Shown in pieces: positions 48,211-59,264 of a stretch of 64,000 nt of DNA (position 1 is its first letter; the number at the start of each line of letters is the position of its first letter). The notes under the pieces are model-generated. The model searched no databases. It was not told the DNA's origin and saw only the letters and a list, made by a program, of their open reading frames with translations. Position numbers and translations under genes: made by a program. The DNA comes from Bacteroidota bacterium (GTDB taxonomy: Bacteria; Bacteroidota; Bacteroidia; AKYH767-A; OLB10): positions 13,446 to 77,445 of the forward strand of contig JADKIC010000011.1 in NCBI GenBank assembly GCA_016721435.1, written 5' to 3'.

Positions 48211-49063
48211 GTAAAGTGTTTTGTAAAAGTCCGACGATGGTCATGGGTCCTACTCCACCTGGCACAGGAGTGATATAACTGCATTTGGAGGATACTCCTG
48301 CAAAGTCAACGTCACCGGCAAGGCGGAACCCCTGCTTGAGTTCCGGTGCGGGTACGCGCGTCATGCCTACATCGATTACCACAGCCCCTTCCTTCACCAT
48401 ATCGGCAGTCAGGAAATAAGGTTTACCGAGAGCAGCAACAATGATATCGGCCTGCAAAGTAATTTCTTTTAAATTAGAAGTGTGGCTATGCGTTAACGTT
48501 ACCGTGCAATTTCCGGGATTGGTGTTTCTGGATAAAAGAATGGAAACGGGCGTTCCTACTATATTGCTTCTGCCTATCACCACACAATGCTTTCCTTTGG
48601 TGGGAATGTTATACCGCTCCAATAACTGCATGATCCCTTTAGGAGTAGCAGGCACATAGGAGGGCATTTGTTCGGTCATCCTACCCAGATTAATAGGGTG
48701 AAATCCGTCCACATCTTTCGAGGGTAAAATAGCTTCTGTAACCAGATCAACGTTGATATGAGCAGGCAAGGGTAACTGTACGATAAATCCATCCACATGC
48801 TCATCTTCGTTCAATTGATGTATTTCCCGAAGGAGATTTTCTTCACTAAAGGTTTCTTCAAAGCGCAGCAAGGTACTTTTAAATCCCACCTCTGCACAAG
48901 ACTTAATTTTATTTCCCACATAGGTTTCCGAAGCACCGTTATTGCCGACTAATATGGCAACTAAATGCGGGGCTCTTCCACCATGCGAACGGATTTCGTC
49001 CACTTCAGCACGAATTTCATTTTTTATTTGCTGTGCCGTTAATTTGCCGTCGATCAGGATCAC
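48167..49063 (-). CDS. folD: Bifunctional 5,10-methylene-tetrahydrofolate dehydrogenase/cyclohydrolase.
   Basis: Full-length 298 aa with FolD motifs ([38 protein letters not shown]). Confidence 0.9.
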   Translation of the reverse strand: MILIDGKLTAQQIKNEIRAEVDEIRSHGGRAPHLVAILVGNNGASETYVGNKIKSCAEVGFKSTLLRFEETFSEENLLREIHQLNEDEHVDGFIVQLPLPAHINVDLVTEAILPSKDVDGFHPINLGRMTEQMPSYVPATPKGIMQLLERYNIPTKGKHCVVIGRSNIVGTPVSILLSRNTNPGNCTVTLTHSHTSNLKEITLQADIIVAALGKPYFLTADMVKEGAVVIDVGMTRVPAPELKQGFRLAGDVDFAGVSSKCSYITPVPGGVGPMTIVGLLQNTLLAARHRIYPEHVSR

Positions 49064-49092
49064 GTGAATTGGTTATTTTAGTTGAAGAAGCG

Positions 49093-50421
49093 TTATTTTC
49101 TGACCGGCATGTTCCGCATCATTTTTTGAGCATTCCCGGAGGTAAACATCTTCATCATTTTTCTCATATCTTCAAACTGCTTGAGCAATTTGTTGACTTC
49201 CTGAATGGTAGTGCCGCTTCCGGAAGCAATTCTTTTTCTTCTTGCACCATTCAGTAAATCCGGACGTTCCCGTTCTTCATTGATCATTGATTGAATGATA
49301 GCTTCGATATGCTTGAACGAATCATTATCTATATCCACATCTTTCATCGCCTTGCCCATTCCCGGAATCATTCCCATGAGGTCCTTGATGTTCCCCATCT
49401 TTTTGATTTGCTGGAGTTGTCCGAGAAAATCATTCAGGTTAAACTGATTTTTTGCAATTTTCTTTTGAAGTTCAGCCGCTTCCTTCGCATCAAATTGCTC
49501 CTGTGCTCTTTCAACAAGGGAGACAATATCACCCATGCCCAAAATCCTGTCGGACATACGACTGGGATAGAACACATCCAGCGCTTCCATTTTCTCGCCG
49601 GTACCAACAAATTTTATCGGTTTATTGACGATCGATTTAATGGAAAGAGCAGCACCACCACGGGTATCACCATCCAACTTGGTCAATACAACTCCATCAA
49701 AATTGATACGATCATTAAAAGCTTTGGCAGTATTCACCGCATCCTGTCCCGTCATGGCATCTACCACAAACAATGTTTCCTGCGGATTTAAAAATTCTTT
49801 AAGCCGGGCTATTTCATCCATCATCTCTCCATCAATCGCTAAACGACCGGCGGTATCAATAATGATGGTATTTATTCCCTGAGATTTTGCCTTTTCAATG
49901 GCATTCTTAGCAATAGAAACCGGATTCTTATTTTCTCTCTCCGAATATACTTCTACTCCAATTTGCTCCCCCAATACATGCAACTGATCAATCGCTGCCG
50001 GACGATAAACGTCGCAGGCAACCAGCATGACTTGCCGGCCTCTCTTGGTTTTAAGCAAATGAGCCAGCTTTCCGCTTAATGTCGTTTTACCTGAACCCTG
50101 TAAACCTGACATCAAAATGATAGAAGGATTGGCTTTGAGATTGATATCCGTGGCATCTCCGCCCATTAAAGAAGTCAACTCTTCATGGACAATTTTTACC
50201 ATCAATTGTCCGGGAGATACGCTGAGCAACACATCCCTGCCCAATGCCTTTTCCTTCACTGTATCAGTGAACTGTTTGGCTACCTTATAGTTAACGTCAG
50301 CATCTAATAAAGCTTTACGTACCTCTTTGAGGGTTTCGGCAATATTGATTTCACTTATTTTACCCTGCCCTTTCAGCAGTTTAAACGCCCGGTCGAGCTT
50401 ATCGGATAAATTTTCAAACAT
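49093..50421 (-). CDS. ffh: Signal recognition particle protein Ffh.
   Basis: N domain, GTPase (GLQGSGKTT, DTAGR, TKLD) and a Met-rich M domain in the C-terminal region (…MMKMFTSGNAQKMMRNMP), all present. Confidence 0.9.
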   Translation of the reverse strand: MFENLSDKLDRAFKLLKGQGKISEINIAETLKEVRKALLDADVNYKVAKQFTDTVKEKALGRDVLLSVSPGQLMVKIVHEELTSLMGGDATDINLKANPSIILMSGLQGSGKTTLSGKLAHLLKTKRGRQVMLVACDVYRPAAIDQLHVLGEQIGVEVYSERENKNPVSIAKNAIEKAKSQGINTIIIDTAGRLAIDGEMMDEIARLKEFLNPQETLFVVDAMTGQDAVNTAKAFNDRINFDGVVLTKLDGDTRGGAALSIKSIVNKPIKFVGTGEKMEALDVFYPSRMSDRILGMGDIVSLVERAQEQFDAKEAAELQKKIAKNQFNLNDFLGQLQQIKKMGNIKDLMGMIPGMGKAMKDVDIDNDSFKHIEAIIQSMINEERERPDLLNGARRKRIASGSGTTIQEVNKLLKQFEDMRKMMKMFTSGNAQKMMRNMPVRK

Positions 50422-50534
50422 AGTCTTAGAGAAGGGGCGAATTTAGTTAAAATCAGCCTTTTTAGAAAGGGAAATATTTGTCTAATTTCACCGTTAGTTG
50501 AACTTAACCCAACCCAATTTGTTAAATTGCAATC

Positions 50535-51034
50535 ATGAAAAATACAATTACTACTTCACTCCTAGTCCTTTTATGCACTTTCATCTTCACTTCTTGTAAA
50601 AAAGATGAAGAAGAAGAGCGTAAAGCTAACAAAGACCTTTACTGTGACATTAATTCCGGCGGGGCCACTTACTATGTCGGAACTCAGGTCATCACCGAAG
50701 GTTTAGGAGGTGCACATGGTTTTATAAAAGTGCGTTATAATAACATCGCAGCCTCTGCCCTTGACAGCACCGGTAAATTGCCTGTGGGTGGAACATTTCC
50801 TAATGGATCAGTTGTCGTAAAAGAAATTTACAGTTCATTGAGCGGTGGATTGAACTTATATGCCATTATGAAAAAGAAACAAGCAACGAGAACGCCGGTT
50901 CAGGATGGTTATGGGGTGAATATAAGCCCGGAGGTGAAGTGGTTTTCAGTGCCGCAAAAAAGGGAAATGGATGTATCTCTTGTCATAGCCTTCCTGATAA
51001 TCAGGATTTAAACAGAGTGTTTGATTTGCATTAA
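50535..51034 (+). CDS. Lipoprotein c-type cytochrome resembling the cytochrome P460 family. The C-terminal CxxCH is recovered only after a frameshift near 50925.
   Basis: Lipobox (LCTFIFTSC). After DG(Y)G the +2 frame reads EYKPGGEVVFSAAKKGNGCISCHSLPDNQDLNRVFDLH*, including a CISCH heme-binding motif. Confidence 0.55.
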
Positions 51035-51053
51035 AAGTTGTTTGACAGAATTT

Positions 51054-51178
51054 CATTTTTAATAAAACAGCATACATTACCTGTTATCAAATCTATCGTT
51101 CTTCCTGGTAAGTTTTAGATCCTGCAATACGGAGGATTTTACGTTGATCTGAAAGAAGAAATTTTGTTGAAAACCAAG
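51054..51178. repeat. Copy A of an about 125-bp direct repeat (about 90% identity). Its partner (copy B) is at 51750-51872 and spans the last about 100 nt of the LptD-like gene plus about 22 nt downstream.
   Basis: Direct visual alignment of ttttaataaaacagcatacattacctgttatcaaatctatcgttcttcctggtaagttttagatcctg...attttacgttgatctgaaagaagaa...ttttgttgaaaaccaag against the second copy. Confidence 0.7.
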
Positions 51179-51324
51179 GGGAACCCACCTGACTTCCGTA
51201 GAAATAAACAGTTGATTTTACAATTAATAGAAAATCACTCTGATGCTGTGGGTCAACGAGTGTCTTAGAGTTTCCCATGGGTGATAAGTCATCCCTAATC
51301 CATATCCTGATCACTTCGATGTAC

Positions 51325-51464
51325 AAGCCCTGTAGGGGCGGTATCTCTGTAATGAAGGATATCATCTTCTCCCACCAATGCCGGCAGCCGACCTTGGGTC
51401 GGCTGCCGGCGGTTGAAAGGATAGAGGAGTTTTTCGGTTACCGAGATACCGCCCCTACAGGGCT
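51325..51464. repeat. Nested palindromic element: a perfect 23-bp outer inverted repeat (aagccctgtaggggcggtatctc at 51325-51347 against gagataccgcccctacagggctt at 51442-51464) enclosing a perfect GC-rich 14-bp-stem hairpin (gccggcagccgacc-ttg-ggtcggctgccggc, 51380-51410).
   Basis: Seen directly. The GC-rich core contrasts with the AT-rich context. It lies between convergent genes inside the segment bracketed by the 125-bp direct repeats. Confidence 0.7.
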
Positions 51465-51749
51465 TATGTGGAAGAAATATCCATCTCCGTTCTGACGTTA
51501 TTTCTTTTCCTGTCTTTCACAGAAAACTTACTTTAAAGATATCGTTATAAGGATAAACTTCACAGTTCTCAATAGGAGATGGTTCAACAAATCAGTTATC
51601 AACACACTTTTGCTTGAATTTTGTGGCTTATAAAATCTATAAAGAGCTAGAAAGAATCCTTTAGGAAAAGAAGTCAAGCATGAGCCAAGAAAGAGGCATA
51701 GAAATCATTCAAAGCATCCATACAATAAGCTTTATATGACAAAATTTTA

Positions 51750-51872
51750 ATTTTAATAAAACAGCATTCACTACCTGTTATCAAACCTGTCGTTCTTCCT
51801 GGTAAGTTTTAGATCCTGGAGCACTGAAGATTTTACGTTGATCTGAAAGAAGAAGTTTTGTTGAAAACCAAG
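51750..51872. repeat. Copy B of the about 125-bp direct repeat, overlapping the 3' end of the LptD-like CDS.
   Basis: As for copy A. Confidence 0.7.
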
Positions 51873-54403
51873 CGGCACCCAGTTTAAACTCATTTCCCAG
51901 CAATGCAAGTCACGATTAATTCCCAGCGAGGTATAGCTCAGATCTTTTTGCTCAAAATCATAACCTGAGTTGAAAGTTACTTTCCAAGCCGGAGTAAGGC
52001 TTAAATCACCACTGAAATTTAATGTTTGTGTAAGCTGATCGGGTAAGGCGATATTGTTTTGATAGAAAAAATTATAACCGACTGTTAAATTGAAAGGGAC
52101 ATTATAATCCAGATAGCGTTCCGGGTCTCGATTTATTTCGCTGAGCTCCGTTTCGGTAGCCTTATCTGATTTATATTCCTTTTTTCGTTTGGTGACATTG
52201 AAGTTCACACTCAAGTTTCCATTGGTAAAACGTGCCGGCTTTCCATTGGCGTCCCATTCAAACGTATTTATCCTTACCCCCTCCTGAGTAACCACATAGG
52301 GGTCAAATGTGCCAAACATGTTCAGCGAGACACGTTCCAGAATGGTAACACGTCCGCTTACATTGATGTTGGATAAACGCAAGGAGTCTGCCGCGAAGTT
52401 GTAGGATCCATTCAAGGCAAGACTTTCCAGCAACTTTACTTTCTTTAATGTTTCAGTGCTATCCGTTTTTTGTCTGATCTTCATCTCGAAGTTATTATCG
52501 AGTGAGAAATTCATTAAGGTAGATTTACCTGCTCCCGGACCTCCATATATCCCTCCTTCGAAAATGGAATATTGCTGTTGGAGAAGTCCGGCTGAATCTG
52601 CCTGCACTTGCTTATAATAGCCATGGCCGCGCTGACTGAAATCCGGTCGCCAGGAGAAACCAATAGTTGGTGTTATAACGTGACGGATAGCCGAAATTTT
52701 ACCTTTTCTGAACTGTAGCATCCCATAAATTCTGGTATTCATATTCACACTTAAACTAAAATCCCGGGCTGCTTTAAAACCATTCACCGTATCCACATCA
52801 ATGACTCCCGAATCCGGATCCCATGTTTTTTCGATAGTTTTTAAGTACCATCTTTCTGTATAGCTGATCCCGGGACTCACGGTAAAATATTTGGCCACAT
52901 TCAACGATGTATTGATGGGAACTGTATGTTGTATGCCGTATCTGAATTGATCCAGCGATCCTTCTCTGAATAATAATGTATCCTTTGTAGCAATGGAATT
53001 CAATAAAGAAGATGTCAATCCAACACCAATTTTTCATACCAGCGCTGATCCCCTGTTGCCAGTTTTCGCTTAAAGGGCGTTTGTCGCGCCACGTTGAATG
53101 TCACGGCCGGTAAACTCAGATTGATATCTCTGGTTTGCGTGTTTTGAGAATGGGATAAACTGGCGCTAAGGTTATAAGGTTTACCTGTCCAGGATTTTGC
53201 CCATGCAATTGAGGATGTAAAAGTATTGGTCAGGAAATTGGTGGCATTGCTAAGATTGTATTGATAGAAGGTGCTGCTTCCGGCATTCACATTGGCTGTA
53301 AAACTCATGCCGGGTCTCGCCTTTCCATCCTGGCTATGATTCCATCGAATGAAAAATGCTTCTTCAAAACTATAATCCGGGAACTCAGGTCTGCTGTTTT
53401 TAGTGTTGGAATAATTCACAGACACATTTCCATTAAAGCGATACTTCCAGGCATAATTGCTAAACGCGTTGGCTCTCCAGCTTCCTTTTGAATAAATATC
53501 TCCTGTTAAGGCCAGATCGAAATGATCATTCAATCCTAAATAATATCCTCCATTTCTTAGGAAGAATCCCAACTGTTGCGATTCACCGTACTGCGGAAAC
53601 AATATTCCGGAGGAGCGTCCTTTCCGGTTTGGGAAAAATCCAAAGGGAATGGCGAGTGGTGTGGGAACATCCATGATATAAAGATCTGCCGGACCGGTCA
53701 CGACTTTATTATTGGGGATGACTTTTATTTTGTTTGACTTCAGATAGAAATGCGGATGGGGCGCATCGCAGGTCGTATAGTAACCATTTCGAATATAGGT
53801 GGTATTGTCCGGTTCCTTTTTGACCGTTGTACCGTGAATATAGCTATCACCATCCTTAGTGGAGATCTCTGAGATCTTTCCCCGCTTTGTATTGAAATTA
53901 TAGCGGATGCTGTCAGCATTAAATTCCTCAGTGCCCTGTTTAAAGATGGGCGTTCCGGCAATTTGACCTGTAGAATCAGGTAAGCCACTTGAAAACAATA
54001 CTTTAGTATTGAAATCAATATCAATATAATTGGCGTCGAGTCGAATATCTTCATACACCATCCATGCCCTGCCGTATAAAAAGACCTTACCCAGATCGAA
54101 ATCGTAAATAATGGAATCTTCGGCATGATATTCCACTTTCGATTTGAAATCTGTTGCCAATTGCATTGAATCTGGTAAATTGAGGGAGTCTGTTCCCGTT
54201 AATAAAAGACTATCCGGTTTTACACGAATGGTGTCCTTTGAAGGGAGGGTATCGGGATAAATCAGCTGACCTTCAGCGTAATTGCCTACCTTACATTTTG
54301 AGTAGCAGTCTTGTACAATAAAAAAAAGAAAGAAGACGCATACCGGCCACGAACAAATCAACGTTGAAAAGTTGAACGAACTGCCGGATTGTACATGCCT
54401 CAT
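51771..54403 (-). CDS. lptD: LptD/OstA-family LPS-assembly outer-membrane protein, Bacteroidota-type, about 877 aa. Read as two ORFs abutting at 53015-53018 (frameshift).
   Basis: An N-terminal OstA-like region and a large C-terminal beta-barrel with an aromatic-rich terminal strand (…HCWEMSLNWVPLGFQQNFFFQINVKSSVLQDLKLTRKNDRFDNR). Protein-like sequence continues across the junction. Confidence 0.65.
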
Positions 54404-55790
54404 TATCTCTATTATACACTTACTTTTGACGGCGCAAAGCTACAAAACCCCAACGTGAAAAGTATATTCCGGATTATCTCTGTCATAGTAATTGTTTTAC
54501 TGACGCTTTCATCGGCAGCTCCCCGCAAGGATAGCTATAAAATCAAAACGGTAGTAATTGATGCCGGTCATGGCGGGCATGATGCCGGATGTTTAGGTGC
54601 ATCTGCCCGGGAAAAACATGTTGCCCTGGATATTGCATTAAAGTTAGGAAAGCAGATTGAAAGTTCTTTTCCGGATGTTAAAGTGGTGTATACGCGCAAA
54701 ACAGATGTATTTATTCCTTTGCACGAGCGCGCCAATATTGCGAATAAGGCACATGCTGATTTGTTTATTTGTATTCACCTGAATGCCGGAGGCAAGGGCG
54801 CCTATGGGGCAGAAACGTTTATCATGGGGAATCATAAGACAGAAGATAATCTGGAAGTAGCCAAGCGTGAAAACTCCGCCATCTTGCTCGAGGAAGATTA
54901 CCAGAAAAAGTACGATGGTTTTGACCCGAATTCACCGGAAGCCAATATCATTTTCTCTCTTTATCAAAGTCAGTTTATGAATCAGAGTTTGCTTTTCGCT
55001 TCTAATATTCAGGAAGAATTTACGGATTATGCCGGACGATATAATAGAGGTGTGAAGCAAGCCGGATTCCTTGTTCTTTACAAGACAGCTATGCCAGCTG
55101 TATTGATCGAGTGTGGATTCCTTACCCATGAGCCGGAAGAGAAATTCCTGGCCTCTGAAAAAAGGGACAACAAGTAATGTCGGCGTCCATTTTCAGGGCA
55201 TTTAAAGAGTATAAAGTAGATATGGAATCAGGGAATGATTCCCCACAGAAATCTACTCCTGCTCCTGTCTCTACGCCACCTGTTCCCGCGCCTAAGTCCA
55301 CTTCTACTCCTGATCCTGTGGTGAGTCAGCCTGTAAAAGCCGATTCTACACCTGTTGTTAAAGATGCTGTGCCGCCGGTGAAGGATAAACAAGTGGTGGC
55401 AGATTCCGGTCCTGGAGCCCCTGAGGGAGAGTTGAAAATTGATGATAGTCCGGAGAAAGAACCTGTGCCTGCTCCTGTGAAATCAACTCCTTCAAAGGCG
55501 ACTGAAACTTACGTCGAATCTCCCGTTTTTATAGCCGTGCAGATTGGAGCAAGTAAAAAATCCGGCAATAGACAATAAAAAAATATTTACAAACAACAGG
55601 CGTTAAAGCGATCAGTTCCGGAGATGGATTTACCAGATATGTGATTGGTAATTTCACCAATCTGGCAGCAGCGAAGAAGAAGTTGAGCGAGATCAAATCC
55701 ACGTTGAACCCGGATGCTTTCTTAACCGCATTCAATGGAAAACAACGAATTTCACTACAGGAAGCCGAAGCACTGTTAAAAAGACCTTAA
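54389..55790 (+). CDS. N-acetylmuramoyl-L-alanine amidase (Amidase_3), probably fused to a Pro/Thr-rich linker and a C-terminal SPOR domain. An A6 run at 55158-55163 and a site near 55605 cause apparent frameshifts.
   Basis: Amidase_3 motifs (VVIDAGHGGHDAG, CIHLNAG, GFLTHEPEE). With one extra A in the A6 run the frame reads ...ASEKKGQQVMSASIFRAFKEYK into ORF 55177-55578 (PAPVSTPPVPAPK linker). A SPOR-like end (VFIAVQIGASKK... / ...GFTRYVIGNFTNLAAAKKKLSEIKS...) follows in another frame to a stop at 55790. Confidence 0.6.
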
Positions 55791-55799
55791 TTTCGCACG

Positions 55800-56738
55800 G
55801 TGAAACTTTCAAACGAAGCTAAAGTAGGGATCCTTGTCACTGCCGCTCTTGCCGCACTCATCTGGGGATTAAATTATTTAAAAGGTAAGGATGTCTTTAC
55901 CAGTAGGAACAGGTATTTTGCCGTGTATAAACATGTGGATGGACTTGCTACTTCCAATCCCGTATTCATGAATGGTTTTCGCATTGGCATTGTCAACCAA
56001 ATTGATTTCATGCCGGATAAATCGGGGAATCTACTGGTGACTTTATTGATCAATAAAGATGTGTTTGTTGCGAAAAATTCCATCGCCAAAATATTTAGTT
56101 CTGATCTGATTGGCACCAAAGCCTTGCGCATCGATTTGGGTGATGCAGAGGCTCTTCCCGACAATGATACCCTGAAAGCTGAATTAGAGTACAGCTTCGC
56201 ACAGAAAGTGGGGGAACAGGTAGGACCCATCAAAGATAAAACAGAGCGGCTGATTGTCTCCATCGATTCATTGGTGACGATGTTTACGCTGCTCTTTGAT
56301 CCCAAAACAAACGGCAATATAAAGAACGGTATCGGTCATTTGAACAATACCCTCGCCTCTCTGGACAACCTCGTTTCAGACGATAAAAGCAAGCTCAATG
56401 TGATGTTGTCAAATATTTCTTCCATTACCACCAATCTGAAAAATAACAATGAGCAGATTGATAAGGTATTGGAAAATATGGAGCAGATTACAGATACTTT
56501 AGCGGGAATCCGTTTTGCAGGCACCATCGAAAAAGCGGATCATCTTTTAGCGGAAATGAATCAGGTTTTTAATAAAATCAACAGTGGACAAGGTACATTG
56601 GGGCAGTTGGTGTATAATGATTCACTCTATATGAACCTGGATCAAACGGCGAAGGATCTGGATATCCTGATGAAGGATTTGAAAGCCAATCCGAAGAGGT
56701 ATGTTCATTTTTCAATGTTCGGCAAGAAAGCGAACTGA
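55800..56738 (+). CDS. MlaD/MCE-family protein (periplasmic lipid-transport substrate-binding component), orphan copy.
   Basis: N-terminal TM then an MCE domain (KVGILVTAALAALIWGLNYLKG...YFAVYKHVDGLATSNPVFMNGFRIGIV...), and a long helical C-terminal region. Confidence 0.7.
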   Translation: MKLSNEAKVGILVTAALAALIWGLNYLKGKDVFTSRNRYFAVYKHVDGLATSNPVFMNGFRIGIVNQIDFMPDKSGNLLVTLLINKDVFVAKNSIAKIFSSDLIGTKALRIDLGDAEALPDNDTLKAELEYSFAQKVGEQVGPIKDKTERLIVSIDSLVTMFTLLFDPKTNGNIKNGIGHLNNTLASLDNLVSDDKSKLNVMLSNISSITTNLKNNNEQIDKVLENMEQITDTLAGIRFAGTIEKADHLLAEMNQVFNKINSGQGTLGQLVYNDSLYMNLDQTAKDLDILMKDLKANPKRYVHFSMFGKKAN

Positions 56739-56827
56739 TTTATTGTGTAAAACATCCCTTATTCCATTGCGATTTCATGCTGATATTTGACTTGTAAGGT
56801 GTATTTTCGAACCATAAAGATCGCGTT

Positions 56828-58135
56828 ATGTTGTCTCAAATCATATTCAGCTTATTCCTGCTTGCCGGTAGTTATTTTTTCGCCCGCAAAGTGAGGGAGA
56901 TCTCCCGAAATATTAAATTAGGCAGAGACCTTCAAATCAATGATCGTCCCGCTGATCGCTGGAAAGTGATGGCACGTGTCGCACTCGGGCAATCCAAGAT
57001 GACGAGTCGACCGGTGGCTGCATTTTTCCACCTGTTGATTTACGTGGGATTTGTGATCATCAATATTGAAGTCATGGAAATCATCATTGATGGAATTTTT
57101 GGTACGCATCGCATATTGAGTTTCATGGGCGGTTTTTACGATTTCCTTATTGCAAGTTTTGAAATACTCGCAGTGGGTGTTTTACTCGCCTGCGTGGTGT
57201 TTCTTTCAAGAAGAAATCTGCTTAAACTCAAACGTTTTTGGATGAGAGAGATGACGTCCTGGCCAAGAACAGATGCTAATCTTATCCTGATCACAGAAAT
57301 ATTTTTGATGTCTGCATTTCTTATCATGAATGCCACCGACAGCATCCTGCAATCGCGGGGAGCCGATCATTATGTACTTGCAGGAGCATTTCCGGTAAGC
57401 AGTCTATTGGTGCCTTTATTCAATGAGATGAGTAACGATGGATTGATGGCTTTGGAAAGGTTTTGCTGGTGGTTTCATATCATCGGTATTCTTGCCTTTT
57501 TGAACTATGTCCCCTACTCCAAGCATTTTCATATTCTGCTCGCCTTCCCCAATACATGGTACAGCAAACTTGAACCCAAGGGCAGTTTCACGAATATGGA
57601 AAGCGTGACCACCGAAGTGAAGATGATGATGGATCCTTCCATCGTTCCACCACCTGTTGCCCCCGACGCTGCACCTCCCCGCTTTGGGGCGAAGGACGTG
57701 AAAGATTTATCGTGGAAGCAACTGATGGATGCTTATTCCTGTACCGAATGTGGCAGATGCACTTCTGTTTGCCCGGCCAATATCACCGGAAAATTATTAT
57801 CGCCACGTAAAATCATGATGGATACGCGTGACCGATTAGAAGAGTTAGGGAACGGCATCAACAAAAACGGACCGGCTTACGAGGATGGAAAATCCTTGCT
57901 AAACGACTACATTACACCGGAAGAATTATGGGCATGTACCTCCTGTAATGCATGCGTAGAAGCTTGTCCGGTCTTGATAGATCCGCTTTCTATCATCATC
58001 GACATGCGCCGATTCATGGTGATGGAACAGAGCGCGGCTCCTGCCGAATTAAACGGTATGTTCACGAAAATTGAAAACAATGGGGCACCCTGGCAGTTCT
58101 CTCCGGCGGATAGAATGAACTGGACCGAAAGTTAA
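56828..58135 (+). CDS. Membrane-anchored iron-sulfur oxidoreductase subunit: an N-terminal multi-TM (NarI/DsrM-like) domain fused to a 2x[4Fe-4S] ferredoxin-like domain (HdrD/DsrK-like family).
   Basis: 5-6 hydrophobic helices followed by two CxxCxxCxxxCP motifs (CTECGRCTSVCP; CTSCNACVEACP). Confidence 0.65.
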   Translation: MLSQIIFSLFLLAGSYFFARKVREISRNIKLGRDLQINDRPADRWKVMARVALGQSKMTSRPVAAFFHLLIYVGFVIINIEVMEIIIDGIFGTHRILSFMGGFYDFLIASFEILAVGVLLACVVFLSRRNLLKLKRFWMREMTSWPRTDANLILITEIFLMSAFLIMNATDSILQSRGADHYVLAGAFPVSSLLVPLFNEMSNDGLMALERFCWWFHIIGILAFLNYVPYSKHFHILLAFPNTWYSKLEPKGSFTNMESVTTEVKMMMDPSIVPPPVAPDAAPPRFGAKDVKDLSWKQLMDAYSCTECGRCTSVCPANITGKLLSPRKIMMDTRDRLEELGNGINKNGPAYEDGKSLLNDYITPEELWACTSCNACVEACPVLIDPLSIIIDMRRFMVMEQSAAPAELNGMFTKIENNGAPWQFSPADRMNWTES

Positions 58136-58166
58136 AACCAACCACTCACAAGCACCTTCCTGAGCA

Positions 58167-58955
58167 ATGGATAATTTCAAAGTAAGAACAATGGCCGATA
58201 TGATGGCCGCCGGTGAAAAGCCCGATATATTATTTTGGGTAGGATGTGCCGGAAGTTTTGACGACCGGGCAAAGAAAGTAACCAAAGCCGTAGGCCGTAT
58301 TCTCCATCATGCAGGTATTTCCTTTGCCGTACTCGGTACTGAGGAAAGCTGCACCGGAGATCCCGCCAAGCGTGCAGGAAATGAGTTTTTATTTCAGATG
58401 CAGGCCATGAACAATATCATGGTACTTAACGGTTATGAAGTAACGAAAATCGTGACCGCTTGTCCGCATTGTTTTAATACACTAAAAAATGAATACCCGC
58501 AATTGGGAGGACACTATGAAGTCATCCACCATAGCCAACTCCTGCAGGAGCTTTTAGACACCGGCAAAATCAAAGTAGAAGGCGGCACTTTTAAAGGTAA
58601 AAAAATCACTTTTCACGATCCCTGTTATCTGGGACGAGCCAATGAGGTGTACGAAGCTCCCCGTCGTGTGATCATGCGATTGGATAGTTTGATGGTGGAG
58701 ATGAAAAGAAGTAAATCAAATGGCTTATGCTGCGGTGCCGGCGGTGCACAAATGTTCAAAGAACCTGAACCCGGAAACAAGGACATCAATATGGAGCGCA
58801 CCGAAGAAGCCTTAGCCCTCACTCCCGACACCATCGCCGGAGCCTGCCCCTTTTGCATGACCATGCTCTCCGACGGTGTCAAACTCCACAACAAAGAAAC
58901 CGAAGTCAAAGTAAAAGACATCGCCGAACTCATCGCCGAAGCCATCGACCTGTAA
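58167..58955 (+). CDS. Cysteine-rich CCG-domain protein (HdrB/GlpC-like), probable partner subunit of the upstream Fe-S protein.
   Basis: Two CCG-type Cys clusters (WVGCAG...CTGDP...CPHCF and HDPCYLGR...CCGAGG). Confidence 0.65.
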   Translation: MDNFKVRTMADMMAAGEKPDILFWVGCAGSFDDRAKKVTKAVGRILHHAGISFAVLGTEESCTGDPAKRAGNEFLFQMQAMNNIMVLNGYEVTKIVTACPHCFNTLKNEYPQLGGHYEVIHHSQLLQELLDTGKIKVEGGTFKGKKITFHDPCYLGRANEVYEAPRRVIMRLDSLMVEMKRSKSNGLCCGAGGAQMFKEPEPGNKDINMERTEEALALTPDTIAGACPFCMTMLSDGVKLHNKETEVKVKDIAELIAEAIDL

Positions 58956-59010
58956 TGAATTGATGAATTATTGAATTGATGAGTTGATGAATGTTTTGAA
59001 TGAATATAGT
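58956..59010. repeat. Tandem array of TGA(A/G)TTGA-like units immediately after the CCG-protein stop codon.
   Basis: gaattgatgaattattgaattgatgagttgatgaatgttttgaatgaata is stop-codon dense in all frames. It shares the GAATTGA core with the array at 2043-2095. Confidence 0.45.
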
Positions 59011-59147
59011 GTGAGTTGTTAGTGGTTAAAGAAAAATTCCTCGGCGAAAATCGTCATTTTCGTTAATATAAATTATTTAAACTGCAAAGGTGTCCCGAGT
59101 CGCGAGCCGCAGAGTTTTTAGTGGTTAAAAAGAAACTCACCTAAAAT

Positions 59148-59215
59148 TTGACTAACTGAGACGAAACACTTTCTGCATCAGTAATTATATTCACAAAATA
59201 AATCTCATTCGCCAT
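59148..59215. repeat. About 68-bp direct repeat. It is an about 85% identical copy of the 3' end of the T9SS-CTD coding sequence at 59272-59345, and in the minus sense still encodes a CTD-like tail (…EIYFVNIITDAESVSSQLVKF*).
   Basis: Alignment of gactaactgagacgaaacactttctgcatcagtaattatattcac...cattcgccatc with taactaacttagacgaaacactttccgaatcagtaataagattgac...cattcgccacc. Confidence 0.55.
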
Positions 59216-59264
59216 CATCATTAAATCATCCATCTTCAAATCAACCCATCTTCAAATTTTCAAA